Shown piece by piece: positions 50,790 to 64,000 of a stretch of 64,000 nt of DNA. This DNA is from the human T2T-CHM13v2.0 reference genome, Homo sapiens, in the NCBI RefSeq assembly GCF_009914755.1, contig NC_060928.1; one strand, written 5' to 3'. The notes beneath the pieces are model-generated. The model saw only the letters and a program-made list of their open reading frames with translations. It ran no database searches and was not told the DNA's origin. Position 1 is the stretch's first letter, and every line of letters starts with the position of its first letter. The position numbers were made by a program, and so were the translations under genes.

Positions 50790-52038
50790 TTGGGGATCAT
50801 CTGTATCAATGGATATCCTCAGAAGTTTTTATTTTCTCTTTCTGTCAAACAAGCAAGTGATAATCTTGATGTCTTATGAAAGTCTTTGTACCAGTGTTTA
50901 TCATTAAAATAGCTATGTCTAAAATCCTGTGGGCTTACATAGAAAATAACTAAGTGTAGCCAAACACATATCAGGCATTCCAGGTTCAAATCCTAGCTAG
51001 GTGAGTTGGGGCAAGTTGTTCACTGGGCTACAGTTTCTTTGGCTACAAAGAGACGTGGTTGCCAAAGTCTGTCCATCTCTAATGTTGGATAACATCAACT
51101 ATGTGCAAATTGTAAATTTAGAATTCTGCAAAAATCCTAAATTGCGTAGTTTGAGTGCTTATTATATGGTTAAGGGATTTTAAGACAGTCATTTAACAAA
51201 CATCAATTGCCCTCATCCCATGCACCGGGCAGACTTATAGGTGCTAGAATAGGACATAGAGCAAGACAGACATGATTCGTACAATCCCTGGACAAATGTG
51301 CTGGTGGTAAAACTGGCCTGAGGTCCCACCATGATTAAGTAATAAAGCCAGTTTTGAACTCAGGTCTGTAGGATTACAACATGCTTGTTCTTATTCCCTA
51401 AGCTTTATTGTCTCCTGACATTGAAAGACCAAGGCTTTACGTCCCTGGCTTTGTCTTACAGGGACACAAATGTGGTGGTGATGGCTAGGAGGGCCTTTTC
51501 ATTCTTGAAGTTTAGCCCAATAGGAATTCAATATATTCATTGAAAAAGCATCTATTGACTGTCACCATAATTCTGGGAATATGGGAAATTGTAGCATGAC
51601 ACTGTATTTCTATTTATACCTTCCTCATACCAGTGCAGAGTTAATATTGAGCCCTATTTTCCCAACATTTATGCTACTTCCCCTGTACTTTACCTCTGTA
51701 ATAGGTCTGCTATCAAGATAAGTGAGGACATTACAAATTCTCCTGAAAGAATGGACTCTATAAAATTAAGTATTTCTTCTACTTAGTGTCAGATCAGTGT
51801 GTTCTTCAGCAAAGACGTCACACTCAGAATAAAAACCAACAACAAAAACAACAAGTGAACAGAACTTAGCATTATAATTTACTAGCCTTTTGGATTTGGC
51901 TCACACAACTTATCTGATTCCCTATCACAGAATTTTGTCTGTATGTACCTAAAATAAGACATAATCTGTTAAGTGCCTAGCATAGTGTCTGAAGCTATTA
52001 AAGGTATTCAGTAAATATTCGTTCCCTTCTTTCTCTAG

Positions 52039-52137
52039 AAGGGAAGGGCACGCTGTATTGGCAGCCTGCCCTCAGCCACCTGGAGGCTTACCACAAAAAG
52101 AGCTGAGCTGAGGCCTTCAGCCTTAGGCAACAGCTAG
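52039..52137 (+). other. Candidate 99-nt non-coding exon
   Basis: Acceptor 'ttcgttcccttctttctctag|' and consensus donor 'AG|GTAAGT'; stop codons in all three frames. Motif evidence only. Confidence 0.3.
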
Positions 52138-54122
52138 GTAAGTTAAAGATAGTTTCACTTCAGGATGTGATTTCTATACATTTATTCACATTTTTATACC
52201 ATACCCATTTTATAGATGGAGAAAATGAAGGAACAAAGAAACTTAGTTTACCTGGCATCATCCTGGTTAGGGCTAGAAAAATTAAGCCCTACAGTAATGA
52301 ATTGGATGAAAGGTGTTTGTAGCCATCTCTGCTGTTCTCTTCATCATAGGCAGATATGTACCAAAGGGAAAATGTGTTTATCGTGAGCTTTCCATCCCTT
52401 TCTCTGATGTCACTGTAGAATATAGCCAGCAGGATATGGATAGTTCCTCAGAATGTGGTACTAACAGGGCAGGGACAACTATCTCTTTCTTTGATCAGAG
52501 GTCAAAGGGCTGGTGTGCTATCTATGATCTGGATACCAAAGAAACGACCAAGGTAAATGCACTATGTACAGGCTAGGGAACTTTTGATTCCTCTCCACAC
52601 TATTGGCAAGAATGGCTTACATTGTGAAAATAGGACATTTGCTGAAAAGTGGCTTGATACATCCCAAATTAAGACACAGTAGAGCTGGAGTGAGAACATT
52701 TGTTTCTCCATTAATGATCCTAGATTATCTTAAAACCAAAATATTATATGTTTAACAAATTTCAGTGTACCAGACACTTGCCTTTAAATTACTTCCTTTA
52801 TTCATCTGAACAGTCTTGTCAAGTAAGACAGGCGTTAGCACATTTTACTGATGAGAAAACAGAGTCTTTGAAGCTCAGTTAACTTGCCCCAAGTTGCTCA
52901 GTTGGTTAAGAAGTGAGCTAAGTATTATGAACCTTCTCTTAGCCATGAGTTACCTAATTTCAGATGACTTAAGCAACATGTCCGTGAAGCTTGTCCTTAG
53001 GATCACAAGTCCAGTGCCTTTGCAGCAGTGGACGAGGGTTAAACTCTCAAGGGTTTCCAAAATTAACCTGTGGCCACATGTTGAAGTCTGGTGGGATGAG
53101 CTGAGTCAGTGCTCCATCGGCTTTACTCTGCGCCCCTTGTTCCTTAAGGCCAAGAGAGGATGTCCCCTCCAGTCTGTGCCTTTCGGTGTCTTGAGTCTGG
53201 TGGCTTCCTTGCAGTTGCCATGACAACTGTGGTTACATAATCACTCCCTTCACCCTCAGGCACCCGTTAACTTCTGACCTTCCCTGAGGATTTGCTCCAT
53301 GGGTAACCTGCTGTCCAGACAGCCTGTTTATGGGAGGACAACCCCACATTGTTTGTGTCATGAACTGCCAGCCATTTTCCATCTTCCCCCACTTCTCATC
53401 TGTCATTTGGGCTTGTGTCAAAAGGAGGGTCAATTAACTTCCTACAGAGATGTTAACATGGCAGACACAAATTGATTTACTTGCTTTAGCCTGGCCAGTT
53501 TTTGCCATGAGTATCCCAGGTAGAAGGGATAGTCGCGCCTGGAGACTAGATGTCGATCGATTGCTCTTTTATTTTGGAAGAAATACAACGTAAATAGTAG
53601 ATGTGGGCAGATGGAAATTTGTCTGATAGATTGGTGCCATCCAAAGCCTGAAGGGATTGCTTCCTCCTTATGGTATTTCTGCTTTACAGCATCAACCTCC
53701 ACTTCTCCATGCCATCATATTTCTTTGTCAGAGAGCACCTGCTCTATCTTGGTTACTGTTATCCTTGCTATTTATCTAATGGCTCCATCCAGAAACAAAT
53801 TGTCATCCTCATCAACCTTCTTTAATAAACTATCCTTTTATCAACCTCCTCACAATCTAAATGGCCATTACATAATGTTGATTCTACCTCTGAAATAGTC
53901 TCTCTTCTATACCTTCTGCTACCTCCTTTTCCACTTAGCCACACTTCAGGCTACCATCTCCTCTCCAGTGATCATTGCCATCACCTTCTACCAGGCCCTG
54001 AAGTCTGAACTTCTCCAATCAATTCGCCAGCCTAGTCTTGATTGGAGGGCAGGGTTAATCATATTACTTCTCTGCTTAAAAGCCTCAATGAATCTGCTGC
54101 CTACAGAATGAAGTCCCAAGCA

Positions 54123-54256
54123 GGCCAGATGTGATGGCTCATGCCCATAATCCGAGCACTTTGGGAGGCAAAGCGGAGTAGATGGCTTGAGCCCTGGAGT
54201 TCAAGACTGGCCTGGACAACAAAGTGATATCCTGTCTATATAAAAAACAAACAAAC
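54123..54256 (+). mobile_element. FLAM / Alu left monomer with TSD
   Basis: 'ggccagatgtgatggctcatgcc...gcttgagccctggagttcaagac'; flanks agaatgaagtcccaa / agcatgaagtcccaa. Confidence 0.9.
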
Positions 54257-54304
54257 AGCATGAAGTCCCAACATTTATGCATTTCTTATAAGGCTCTTTA
54301 TTGT

Positions 54305-55578
54305 GGGGAAAGGACTCCCTATTCAGCAAATGGTATTGGGATAACTGGCTGCCATTTGCAGAAGAACAAAACTGGGCTCCTACTTTCACCACATGCAAAA
54401 ATTAACTCAAGGTGGATTAAAGATTTAAATGCAAGACTTCAAATTATAAGAATCCTAGAAGAAAACCTACGAAACACTATTCTGGACCTTGGCCTTGGGA
54501 AAGAATTTACGATTTAGTCCTTAAAACCAATTACAACAAAAACAGAATATGACAAATAGGGCCTAATTAAACTAAAGAGCTTTGCACAGAGAGAAAATAA
54601 ACTATCAACAAAGTAAACAGACAACCTACAGAATGAGCACAAATATTTGTAAACTAGGCATTGGAAAAGGGTGTTCAGAATCTATAAGGAGCTTAAATAA
54701 CTGAACAAGCAAAAAATAAATAAGCCCATTAAAAATGGACAAAAGACACGAACAGACACTTCTCAAAAGAAAACATAACGTGCGGCCAATGAGCATATGA
54801 AAAATTGCTCCACATCACTAATCATCAGAGAAATGCAAATCAGAACCACAATGAGATACCATCTCACATCAGTCAGAGCGGCTATCATTAAAAAGTCAAA
54901 AAACAACAGATGCTGGCGAGGCTGTGGAGAAAAAGAATCACTTATATACTGTTTGTAGGAATGTAAATTAGTTCAGCCACTGTGGGAAACAGTTTGGAGG
55001 TGTCTCAAAGAACTTAATGCAAACTACCATTTGACACAGCAAACCCATTACTGAATATATACCCGTAAGAAAATAACTAGTTCTACCAAAAAGACACATG
55101 CACTAGTATATTCGTTGCAGCACTATTCATAATAGTAAAGACATGGATTTAACCTACATACTCATCAATGGTGGATTGGATAGAGAAAATGTGGTACACA
55201 TACACCATGGAATACTGCTCAGTTACAAAAAAATAAAAATGAAATCATGTCCTTTGTAGCAACATGGATGCAGCTGGAGGCCATTATCTGAAGCAATTTA
55301 ATGCAGGAACAGAAAACCAAATACTGCATGTTCTGTTTTAACTGGAAGCTAACCAATGAGCACTAATGGACATGAAGATGACAACAATGGACACTGGAGA
55401 CTACTTAGGGCAGCGGGGGCAAGGGTTGAAATAATAACTGTTGGACACAATGCTCAGTATTTGGGTGATGAGATCATTTGTACCCTAAACCTTAGCATCA
55501 TGCAATATACTCAGGTAACAAACCTGCCCATATACTCCCTGAATCTAAAATGAAAGTTGAAATTATTAAAGAAAAATA
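54305..55578 (+). mobile_element. 5'-truncated L1 (L1PA13-16-like): ORF2 C-terminus plus 3'UTR
   Basis: Peptide [37 protein letters not shown]; complete 3'UTR ending 'ccctgaatctaaaatgaaagttgaaattattaaagaaaaa'. Confidence 0.95.
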
Positions 55579-56367
55579 AAGCTGTCCATTATGTAAGCTC
55601 TGTGTACCTATGCAATCTTTTTCATAGTCATTCTGTTCTTTGAAGCAATGCTAAAGTCTTGCTTTTCCAGAAATATGCTATAATATTTTGTATAATTATA
55701 TCGTTGCACATGTTCCCTTTGTCTGAAATAATGTTTTCTTTTTTTGTCCCTTGGAAAACTCTTATTCATCCCTCAAGATCCAATTCAAATATCACACCTT
55801 TAGACCAGTCTTTTATCCCTAATTTGAATTTAATAGCATCATTTTCCTTATACTCTGCCTCTGTTATAGCAAGTGTCCCACTGAATTACATTTAGTTACT
55901 TAAAGGATTGTTCTGCTACTAGCTTTGAATCTTTAGGAAGAGGAATCATGTCTTATATATTATTATATACCTATCACTTTGCAAGGTGGTGATGCATAAT
56001 AAATTCTCAGTAAATGTTTTAGAATTATATGAAGTGATTACCTCCCAAATCTCATTGCCAACAAGGAGTTAGTGAGAGCTTTTTTAAATGCAAAGAAATT
56101 ACTCACTCCTCCTATGATGCTTTATATCTTTGATTCTTTGCACACGTTTCCTCTGCTTGTGACCATGCCACTTGTCCCTTGAAGAAGTCCTATGTACTCT
56201 TCTTAGCTCAAATATCATTGCCACCTTGAAGCCTTTCTTTACTTTCCTAGGTAAAATTAATCGTTCTTTCCTTGGATTTCTCCCTGTACAATCTGTATAC
56301 TTATTTCATTCTTTTATTGTAGTTAGCTCAATGTTTTTCTAAACAATCCTTTAAAAATCATGAAGCA

Positions 56368-56952
56368 TAAATTAGTTCAATCATTGTGGAAGACAGTGTG
56401 GTGATTCCTCAGGGATCTAGAACCAGAAATAGCATTAGGATTATAAATCATTCTACTATAAAGATACATGCACACGTATGTTTATTGCAGCACTGTTCAC
56501 AATAGCAAATACTTGGAACCAACCCAAATGCCCAACAATGATAGATTGGATAAAGAAAATGTGGCACATATACATCATAGAATACTATGCAGCCATGAAA
56601 AGGATGAGTTGATCTTCTTTGCAGGGACATGGATGAAGCTGGAAACCATCATTCTCAGCAAACTAACACAGGAACAGAAAACCAAACACTGCATGTTCTT
56701 ACTCATAAGTGGGAGTTGAACAATGAGAACACATGGACACAAGGAGGGGGAACATCACACACTGGAGCCTGTTGGTGAGCGGGAGGCTAGGGGAGGGATA
56801 GCATTAGGAATAGCATCTACCTAATGTACATGATGGGTTGATGGGCGCCGCAGACCACCATGTCACTTTACTTATGAAACAAACCTGCATGTTCTGCACA
56901 TGTATCCCAGAGCTTAAAGTATAATAATAAAAATAAATAAAATAGAATAAAA
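56368..56952 (+). mobile_element. 5'-truncated L1PA (L1PA6-8-like) 3' end
   Basis: 'gggacatggatgaagctggaaaccatcattctcagcaaact'...'gcacatgtatcccagagcttaaagtataataa'; ~35-nt internal deletion near 56436. Confidence 0.95.
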
Positions 56953-57734
56953 ATCATTATTAAGCAAATAAATGCCCATTTCCTTCATTCTACCAGAATT
57001 AGTTGTAGCTTCTTTTGTAGGTTCATAGCGTGTATTTCTAATCCTTCCATATAACTTGTCTTAGAGTATAATAGTTATTTGCTTATGTATCTATAACATG
57101 TTAAGCTCCTTGAGGGAAGATTTGTGCTTTATTCATCTTACTTTTCTTATTGCCTACGAGGACACCTGGCACATAGGTGCTAAGCAATTATATGTTAAAT
57201 TGAATTGAAATGAACAAATGAACAAAATGAACAAATGAACAAAACTATAAGATGTTTGAGAATAGTGATTTTACCTTCCTCCTTGATTTTACCAAAGTAG
57301 CCATAGGAGGAAGATTAAAAAAAAAAAAAAAAAGAATAGCTTTTGGTTGTGCCTATTTGACAACTGGAAACATTTCTGAAATAAAACAAGAGCCTGTATT
57401 ATTGTTGACCTGTCACTAGAATGTCCCTAAAGTTTAAAAATAAAGTTCTCTCTATTATGGCTCCTGTGCTGGAGCTACATGTACTCTGCAGTGGGAACTT
57501 ATAGACAGAACTTGTTTATGCGTTTCTAGTAAAGTGAGTTAATGGCTATGAAAAAACAATGTTGAGTTCAAATATTCCAAACTTCTGCTCCAGATCAAAT
57601 ACTCCAGAGATTCTCTTAGGATATAAAATGAGTCTTCTATTAAAATGTTCAGTTGTCTCTTAAGATGGCTCAATTAGAATTAACCTATGTTTCTTTTTAC
57701 TGCAGGTAGCCCATCTACCTGAAGTAGTTGGTTC

Positions 57735-57948
57735 TTTTTTTTTTGAGACAGAGTCTTGCTCTGTCACCCAGGCTGGAGTGCAGTGGTGCGATCTCAGCTC
57801 ACTGCAACCTCCGTCTCAGGTTCAAGTGATTCTCCTGCCTTAGCCTCCCGAGTAGCTGGGACTACAGGCACACACCACTATGCCCAGCTAATTTTTGCAT
57901 TTTTATTAAAGTTGGGGTTTCACCATTTTGGCCAGGCTGGTCTTGAAC
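57735..57948 (-). mobile_element. Partial AluS (lacks the 5' part of the left arm)
   Basis: Poly-T, 'gagacagagtcttgctctgtcacccaggctggagtgcagtgg'...'ggccaggctggtcttgaac'. Confidence 0.94.
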
Positions 57949-59047
57949 CCACCATCAAGAACCAACATAATTTAAGGTCAAGATGTAACATATAATTGCC
58001 ACAGAGGCAGCAAAGCGTAGTATTTAAGAAGATGGGCCCTGGAAGTAGAGGTTCTATGTTCAAATCTCAGGGATGTTGCTTTCTAACAGAGTATGCATTC
58101 CAAGTCTCTTAACAACTTTTCCTCATCTGCAAAAATGGGCCTACCTTAGTGGGTTGTCCATAAAATATACATGAATTACTGTTTGATAATTTCTTAGAAC
58201 AGTGCCTTGTACATAGTAAGAAATGCTATGTAACTATTTATGAAATCAGTACCTTCCCTTGAGTCTTTTGGGGCATAGTTTTCTGCCTGAAATGTTCTTA
58301 TTCATGCTTTTTTTCTACTTAAGGGTTTATTTTTAGTTGCATTCTATTTCAACCTTGAAGACTTTGATGATCAATCCTGCCTCAGTCACATTTCCTAAAT
58401 TTAAATTATAGCCCAAACACATGGTAAATTCCTTGACACTCTTTACTCCATTACTGTCTATTGGGTGTCAAACAGTGACTCAAGGGACAACTATCAGGGG
58501 CTTAGCCATGTGTCAAGCCAAACCCATGGAATTTTCTAATTAAAAATCTTATGTGCAGACATATTCTGCGGGCAGATGGTCTAAGAACAAGGAAGAACTT
58601 AAAAAATTCCTCAAGAGAGGCACAAATCAATTACTGTGTATGTAGATGTGTGCTTAATCCCCCTAGGTAGTGGGGACTCTCTAAGACCACAGGGAATCCT
58701 CATTACTTTGGACAACAAAAATTCTAAACGTTTTAAATTTAAATCTTTAAAAATTTTACTAGTAAAATTAAAAATTTAAAGATTAAAAAAATGTTAAAAT
58801 ATTTGTTCAGTAGTCCTATGTGGACTTTGTCTGAGGCAGTGAAGAGCTAAAGTAATCCTGACTCTCAGAGGATTGTGAGAAGGTCCCAGTGACCTAGAGT
58901 GGAAAGTAGAGGCATTGTTTGAATGTAGGAGAGAGATTTGATTAGATTGTGGGTGTGTGTTGTCTACTTGGACTGTTTGAGTCGACCTGCACAGGGTGGA
59001 TGGAATTCTCTGTTAGTTTTATGTTTACAGTTTATATGCCTTCAATT

Positions 59048-59359
59048 TGCAATGTCCAATAGAGTAAACTAGTCACATGTGATTTCTGAGCACTTGAAAT
59101 GTGGTCATTCTGAGTTGAGATGTGTTGTAAGTATAAAAGACACATTGGATTTCAAAGACTTAGTATGAAAGAAGATAGAATATCTCATTAATCTTTTTAT
59201 ATAGATTACATGTTAAAATGATAATATTGCAGATGCGTTAAGTTAAATAAAATATATTTTAAACATTAATTTTACTTGTTTCTTTTTATCTTTTCTAAAG
59301 TGGCTACTAAAACATTTAAAATTATACATGTGGCCCACATTATATTTCCCTTGGACAAC
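59048..59359. mobile_element. MER33-like hAT-Charlie element
   Basis: 'tgtccaatagagt...tgagcacttgaaatgtgg...ggatttcaaagacttagtatg...ttggaca'. Confidence 0.85.
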
Positions 59360-59944
59360 TTTCCCTTCAAGTATGATTTTGAAAGGCTATAAAAACTTAT
59401 TGAGTACATATGATGTGCTAGGCCTTGTGCAAGTTGTTTGCAATTAAAAGATAAATAAGATGAATCTCACAGTTTGAGACAGAAACAGATGTATAAGCAC
59501 CTATCTGTGATGCAGGGTAATGAGTGTGCACTTGGGTGGCAGTATTGTGTGGAAAAAAGGTATGAGGTTGGGTCATATGGAGCTGAATTTGAATTCTAAT
59601 TCTTCTACCTGCTGGTGGTATAAAGGGGACATTCATTTGCCCCTCCGATTTTCAATCTTTTTATCTGTATAATGGTAATGATTATGTCAGCTTCTTTTAT
59701 TTGTGGTTAGTATTTGCATAGCCCTTAACAGGTGTTCAATAAATGAATTAGTGTCATTTGATTATATGATCAAAGTTCTTTGGTGCTGTGGGAGAAGAGA
59801 AAATGAAGTGCCTAATGACTAATGTTGAGAAAGTTGAATAGGTGAGGCCTACAGAAAAATGTCATTCAACTGGAGTGTTAAATGATCATTAAGAATTTAG
59901 AGAACGGATGGCAAAATCAAGGACAATAATAAAAAGGAAACTTA

Positions 59945-60180
59945 CATGCTCATTTATTTCTCACTGTTCTAAGTATTGTACCTGTGATAGCCCATTTGAA
60001 CCTTTCAGAAGTGCTACGTGGTAGGCAGTTTAATTAAGTTCCTAGTTTGCAGATGAGAAGAATGGGCACAAAGAAGTAACTTCTCCAAGGTCACACAGCT
60101 AAGAAGAAGCACAACGGAGGTTGGATCTAGGCGCTTAGGCTCCAGAGTCCATGCTCCTAGGCACTCTACTCTGCTACCTG
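59945..60180 (-). mobile_element. MIR
   Basis: 'cagatgagaag...aagtaacttctccaaggtcacacagcta...ggctccagagtccatgctc'. Confidence 0.8.
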
Positions 60181-61543
60181 AAGAGGAACCATCCAGAGCA
60201 GGGCAGTGGGAGAACCTAGCAGACTGTCCATCATGCTTGAAATACATGAGGAGGGTACCATGGTAGCATATATGAGGGAAGGAACTTGATGAGTGAGGAT
60301 GACGATTGCCTAGAGGTGAGACTGAAGAGGGTAGTGAGGGTTTACTAGTGAGGGACTTTGGTTGCCATACTAAGGAATATGGCCTTTATTCTGTAAACTG
60401 TGAAGAGCCGTGGAGGATTTCCAAATCGGGTAGTGGAATGAACAGGATTTTATTTTAGAAAGAGAATTCTAGTAGCAGGATGGAGATTAGAAAGGAGCAG
60501 ATAGAGGACAGAAGCAAGGAGACTGCTTAGAAGAATACTAGAGTATTGAAGTAGTCCAGATGAGACATATTGATGGCTTGAGTTAGGGCAGCAGCAACAG
60601 GCATGGATCCAAGAGGTAGAGTCCATAGGACTTGCTTGTGGGAATCTATAAGGAAAGATGATGATGCTTGTTATTATTTGGTTTTTCTCCATTGTCTGTG
60701 CTTCTTTTTGTTGGCGTATGTTCCCTAGTTAGTCCAGATTGAGTTTTTCTTTTCTTTTTTTTTTCTGTTTTTCTATCTCAAGTTGTCTTTACACTGTTGT
60801 TTATATTCTGGACATTATAGCACATGATAATTGTTATGCTTCAGGTTACAGCTCCATGAAAAATACAGTGTGATTATTGTTCATCTGTATTTTTTTTCTT
60901 AATGCTTAATGGTATATTTTTACTGGGCACAAATAATCGCCTAATTGCTATGTGGTTATTGAAGTCACATACAATGCTCTGTTAAAGATTACCCTAATTA
61001 TGAGGCAAGGTTATTAGATTCTTCGTTTGCCTAGTTTTAGGCCTGTAGAATTTTCAAAAAGCAAAAGGTTGAATAGGCATTGTTATCTTAATACTGTCCC
61101 ATTCAGCACCCCTCTCATTTGGCTGTTGGGGCAACCTATGTACACAAATGGGTTGACTCCAGTCACACTCCCTGCTTTGATGAGACCAGGCAGCATGAGC
61201 CCTGAGCACGCTGGGGAAACCATTGTTGTCTAAAATGAGGACTGTCTGATAGGATATAATACTCTTGTGCTTTTGTTTCTAGTTAGATTTTCTAACCATG
61301 AATATATTTTTCCTCTTGGGTTAGCTATTTGTATGTTCTTGTTCAAATGTATACCTTATAGATATCTTATTTTTTAAAAATAATTTTATTTAATTAGATT
61401 TTTGGTAATGTTTCTGGCATCCAAAATGATAGGAGCAGTTGGACCTTCCATTTGTTTAGTAAAAATTTAAATGTAATTGCATTAGTGGAAAATGTAACTG
61501 TCCAGAAGAATGAATTTGAAAATAGGCAAAGAATTACAACACA

Positions 61544-62015
<472 letters not shown>

Positions 62016-63217
62016 TAAGAATCCCAAAAGACCTTGACAAGCTGAGGCAATGGATTCAAGCTAAAATATCATCTTAAGATGGTTTTATTTGGTTCCAAGA
62101 AATCAATCACACAAGTATACCTTTGGAGATAAGAGCCTGGGATGCCATATATAAAGGAAAGATATAAATCCAAACCATAGAGTTATAGAAGAGGTGGCTA
62201 CTTTAGTATTTTAGGAAAGTGGTGGGTAAGGGAAGAGAAAAGCAGGGATGGCAGTTCAAGAGATGCATATTCTTTCACTTTCCATGAAAGCATAGAGCTG
62301 TAGCTATATGCTGAGAAGAGGGAGAGGATAGATAGTGTGAGATTGCAGATGCCAGAACAAGGAGATCTGATTATCTTGAGGGCGGGGAGTGAGGCCCAGT
62401 GGGGAAGAATGAAGGTGGTATTAAGGGCATAGTTGGAAAGATTAGCCTGGGAAGAAATGAAGGTTGTATGTCTTCCTAGACAAGAGGGGTGGAGGTAAGC
62501 CTACAGAAAAACATGGCCACTTTAAAGTTACAAGCATCGTGATGAGAAGGAGAGAAGAGATGGAAATAATGAAACTGGGAAGCTTCACCCTTCTCAGAAA
62601 TGGTAGATGAAGTCACCTGCTAGGTGTGAAAAGGTGACATCCTCAGAGATGGAGAACTGTGAGACAAGGAACTGCAGATGTGGTCAATGCCAATGCAGAA
62701 TGGGTCACTCAAAGCCTAAAGAAGTGAGGGCTTGGTGTGATATCATACCCTTTGTGTGATATATTGTGTCGTATCTTGTCACTTTCTTGATTTAAATGCT
62801 ATGACGGCCACTCACTGCTTTTGGGGATAAAGATCAAAATTCTTAGCTGTTTTGCAGTCCCTCCATAATCTGGGCTGTCCTCCTTAGTGGCCTCGCCTTG
62901 TTCCGGTCGTCAGTCACTGTGTTAAATATCCTTTGTTAGTGTTGCCAGCCCACCCTGTGCTTTAAGCTCAAAGGCTCAGCCTGCAATACAGTCTCCCAGC
63001 TCTTGGCCTAGTTAGCAACTGCTTCTTCTTCAGAATGCAGAGGAAATCTGACTTTCTCAAGAATGCTTCCCTAATCTATCTGACTAGTTTTGTTCCCCAC
63101 CCCTTGCATAGCACCCCTCTCTTCCTTTATATTTTGTCCTAAATGTAATTAAGTAAATCATTGTAAAGATAAATCAAGAGAAGGTAGGAAGAGAAATAAG
63201 AGTAAGTCATGTGAGTT

Positions 63218-63390
63218 CAGGATTGGTAGTATAATTTGTAGGTCCCAGTGCAAAATAAAAATGTGAGTGTCTTGCCAAAAATTATTAAGAAATTCAAGAC
63301 AATGACAGCAGAGCATGAAACCAAGCACAGGGACATCTGATCATGAAACTTTGTGTGACCGCCTGGGTCATCTACCCACGAAGCAGCCCT
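63218..63390. mobile_element. MER45A-like hAT-Tip100 element
   Basis: 'tataatttgtaggtcccagtgcaaaataaaaatgtg...aattattaagaaattcaagac...gaagcagccctg'. Confidence 0.78.
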
Positions 63391-63805
63391 GTGTGAGCTT
63401 CTCCTGCTGCAGACAGGGACTATGAATTCTCTGGATTTAACCCATGAATTGGCTGATTGACTCAATGGGAGTTTAAGAGTTAAGGCACTCTGCAATGCTA
63501 GTGAGGACAGTGTTGAAATGATGAACCACTGTCCTTAGAACAGAATAGGTTACAACAAGAAAGTAGAATGAGGCTGAGACTGGCTGAGTAGGAAACAGCA
63601 GAATGTCAATGCAGTAGAATTTTGGAGTGAAGGACGCAATAGAATAGAATGTCCATGCATTATTTATTAGTGCATCAAATTGGCATTTAATTTGTTGGTT
63701 CCTACTTTGTGTTGGAAGGAGAAGTCATTGACTTTTTCAGAGTATGACATAAAGGAAGACCTTGAGAAATTTTAGAGAGAGTCAGGTATGGAGTTGGAAG
63801 CTCAG

Positions 63806-64000
63806 TGATATGGTTTGGCTGTGTCCCCACTCAAATCTCATCTTGAATTGTAACTCCCATATGGGAGGAACCTGGTGGGAGGTGATTGAATTATGGGGGA
63901 TGGGTCTTTACTGTGTTGTTCTCGCGATAGTGAATGAGTCCCTGAGATCTGATGGTTTCAAAAAGGGGAGTTTCCTTGCACAAGCTCCCTTCTCTTGTCT
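63806..64000 (+). mobile_element. THE1 (B/C-like) LTR, cut by the window end
   Basis: 'tgatatggtttggctgtgtccccactcaaatctcatcttgaattgtaactccca'. Confidence 0.92.

Noticed and set aside
53100-53109. AP-1/ARE motif GCTGAGTCA
   Set aside because: Single short motif expected by chance; no supporting context.
57208-57244. (AAATGAAC)n short repeat
   Set aside because: Ordinary L2 3' tail microsatellite.
62734-62749. Imperfect 16-bp palindrome ggtgtgatatcatacc
   Set aside because: Short and mismatched; within chance expectation.

Overview
Primate (most likely human) AT-rich, non-coding euchromatin. I see no credible cellular protein-coding gene, tRNA or rRNA; the ORFs in the track fall in simple repeats, L1/Alu/LTR remnants or unremarkable non-coding sequence. 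The window is a mosaic of interspersed repeats: a ~3.9 kb L1 ORF2/3'UTR remnant, several L1 3' ends, an old L1M ORF1 region, about ten Alu/FLAM/FRAM copies (many with readable TSDs), MaLR LTRs (MLT1, MST, THE1), ERV1-type LTRs, a full-length solo LTR12 (ERV9) nested in a Tigger3 DNA transposon, MER5A/MER33/MER45/MER58 elements and many MIR/L2 fragments. Subfamily names are from memory of consensus sequences, not from a database search. The structures that repeat annotation does not explain are the most interesting. They are a ~386-bp piece of local unique DNA copied into L1 ORF2 at microhomology junctions (with a possible conversion tract), a duplication with an inverted junction insert, a dispersed 72-bp duplication, a near-perfect 99-bp palindrome with 43-bp perfect arms, a perfect 28-bp palindrome, and candidate non-coding exons. 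I found no evidence of a new multi-gene system.
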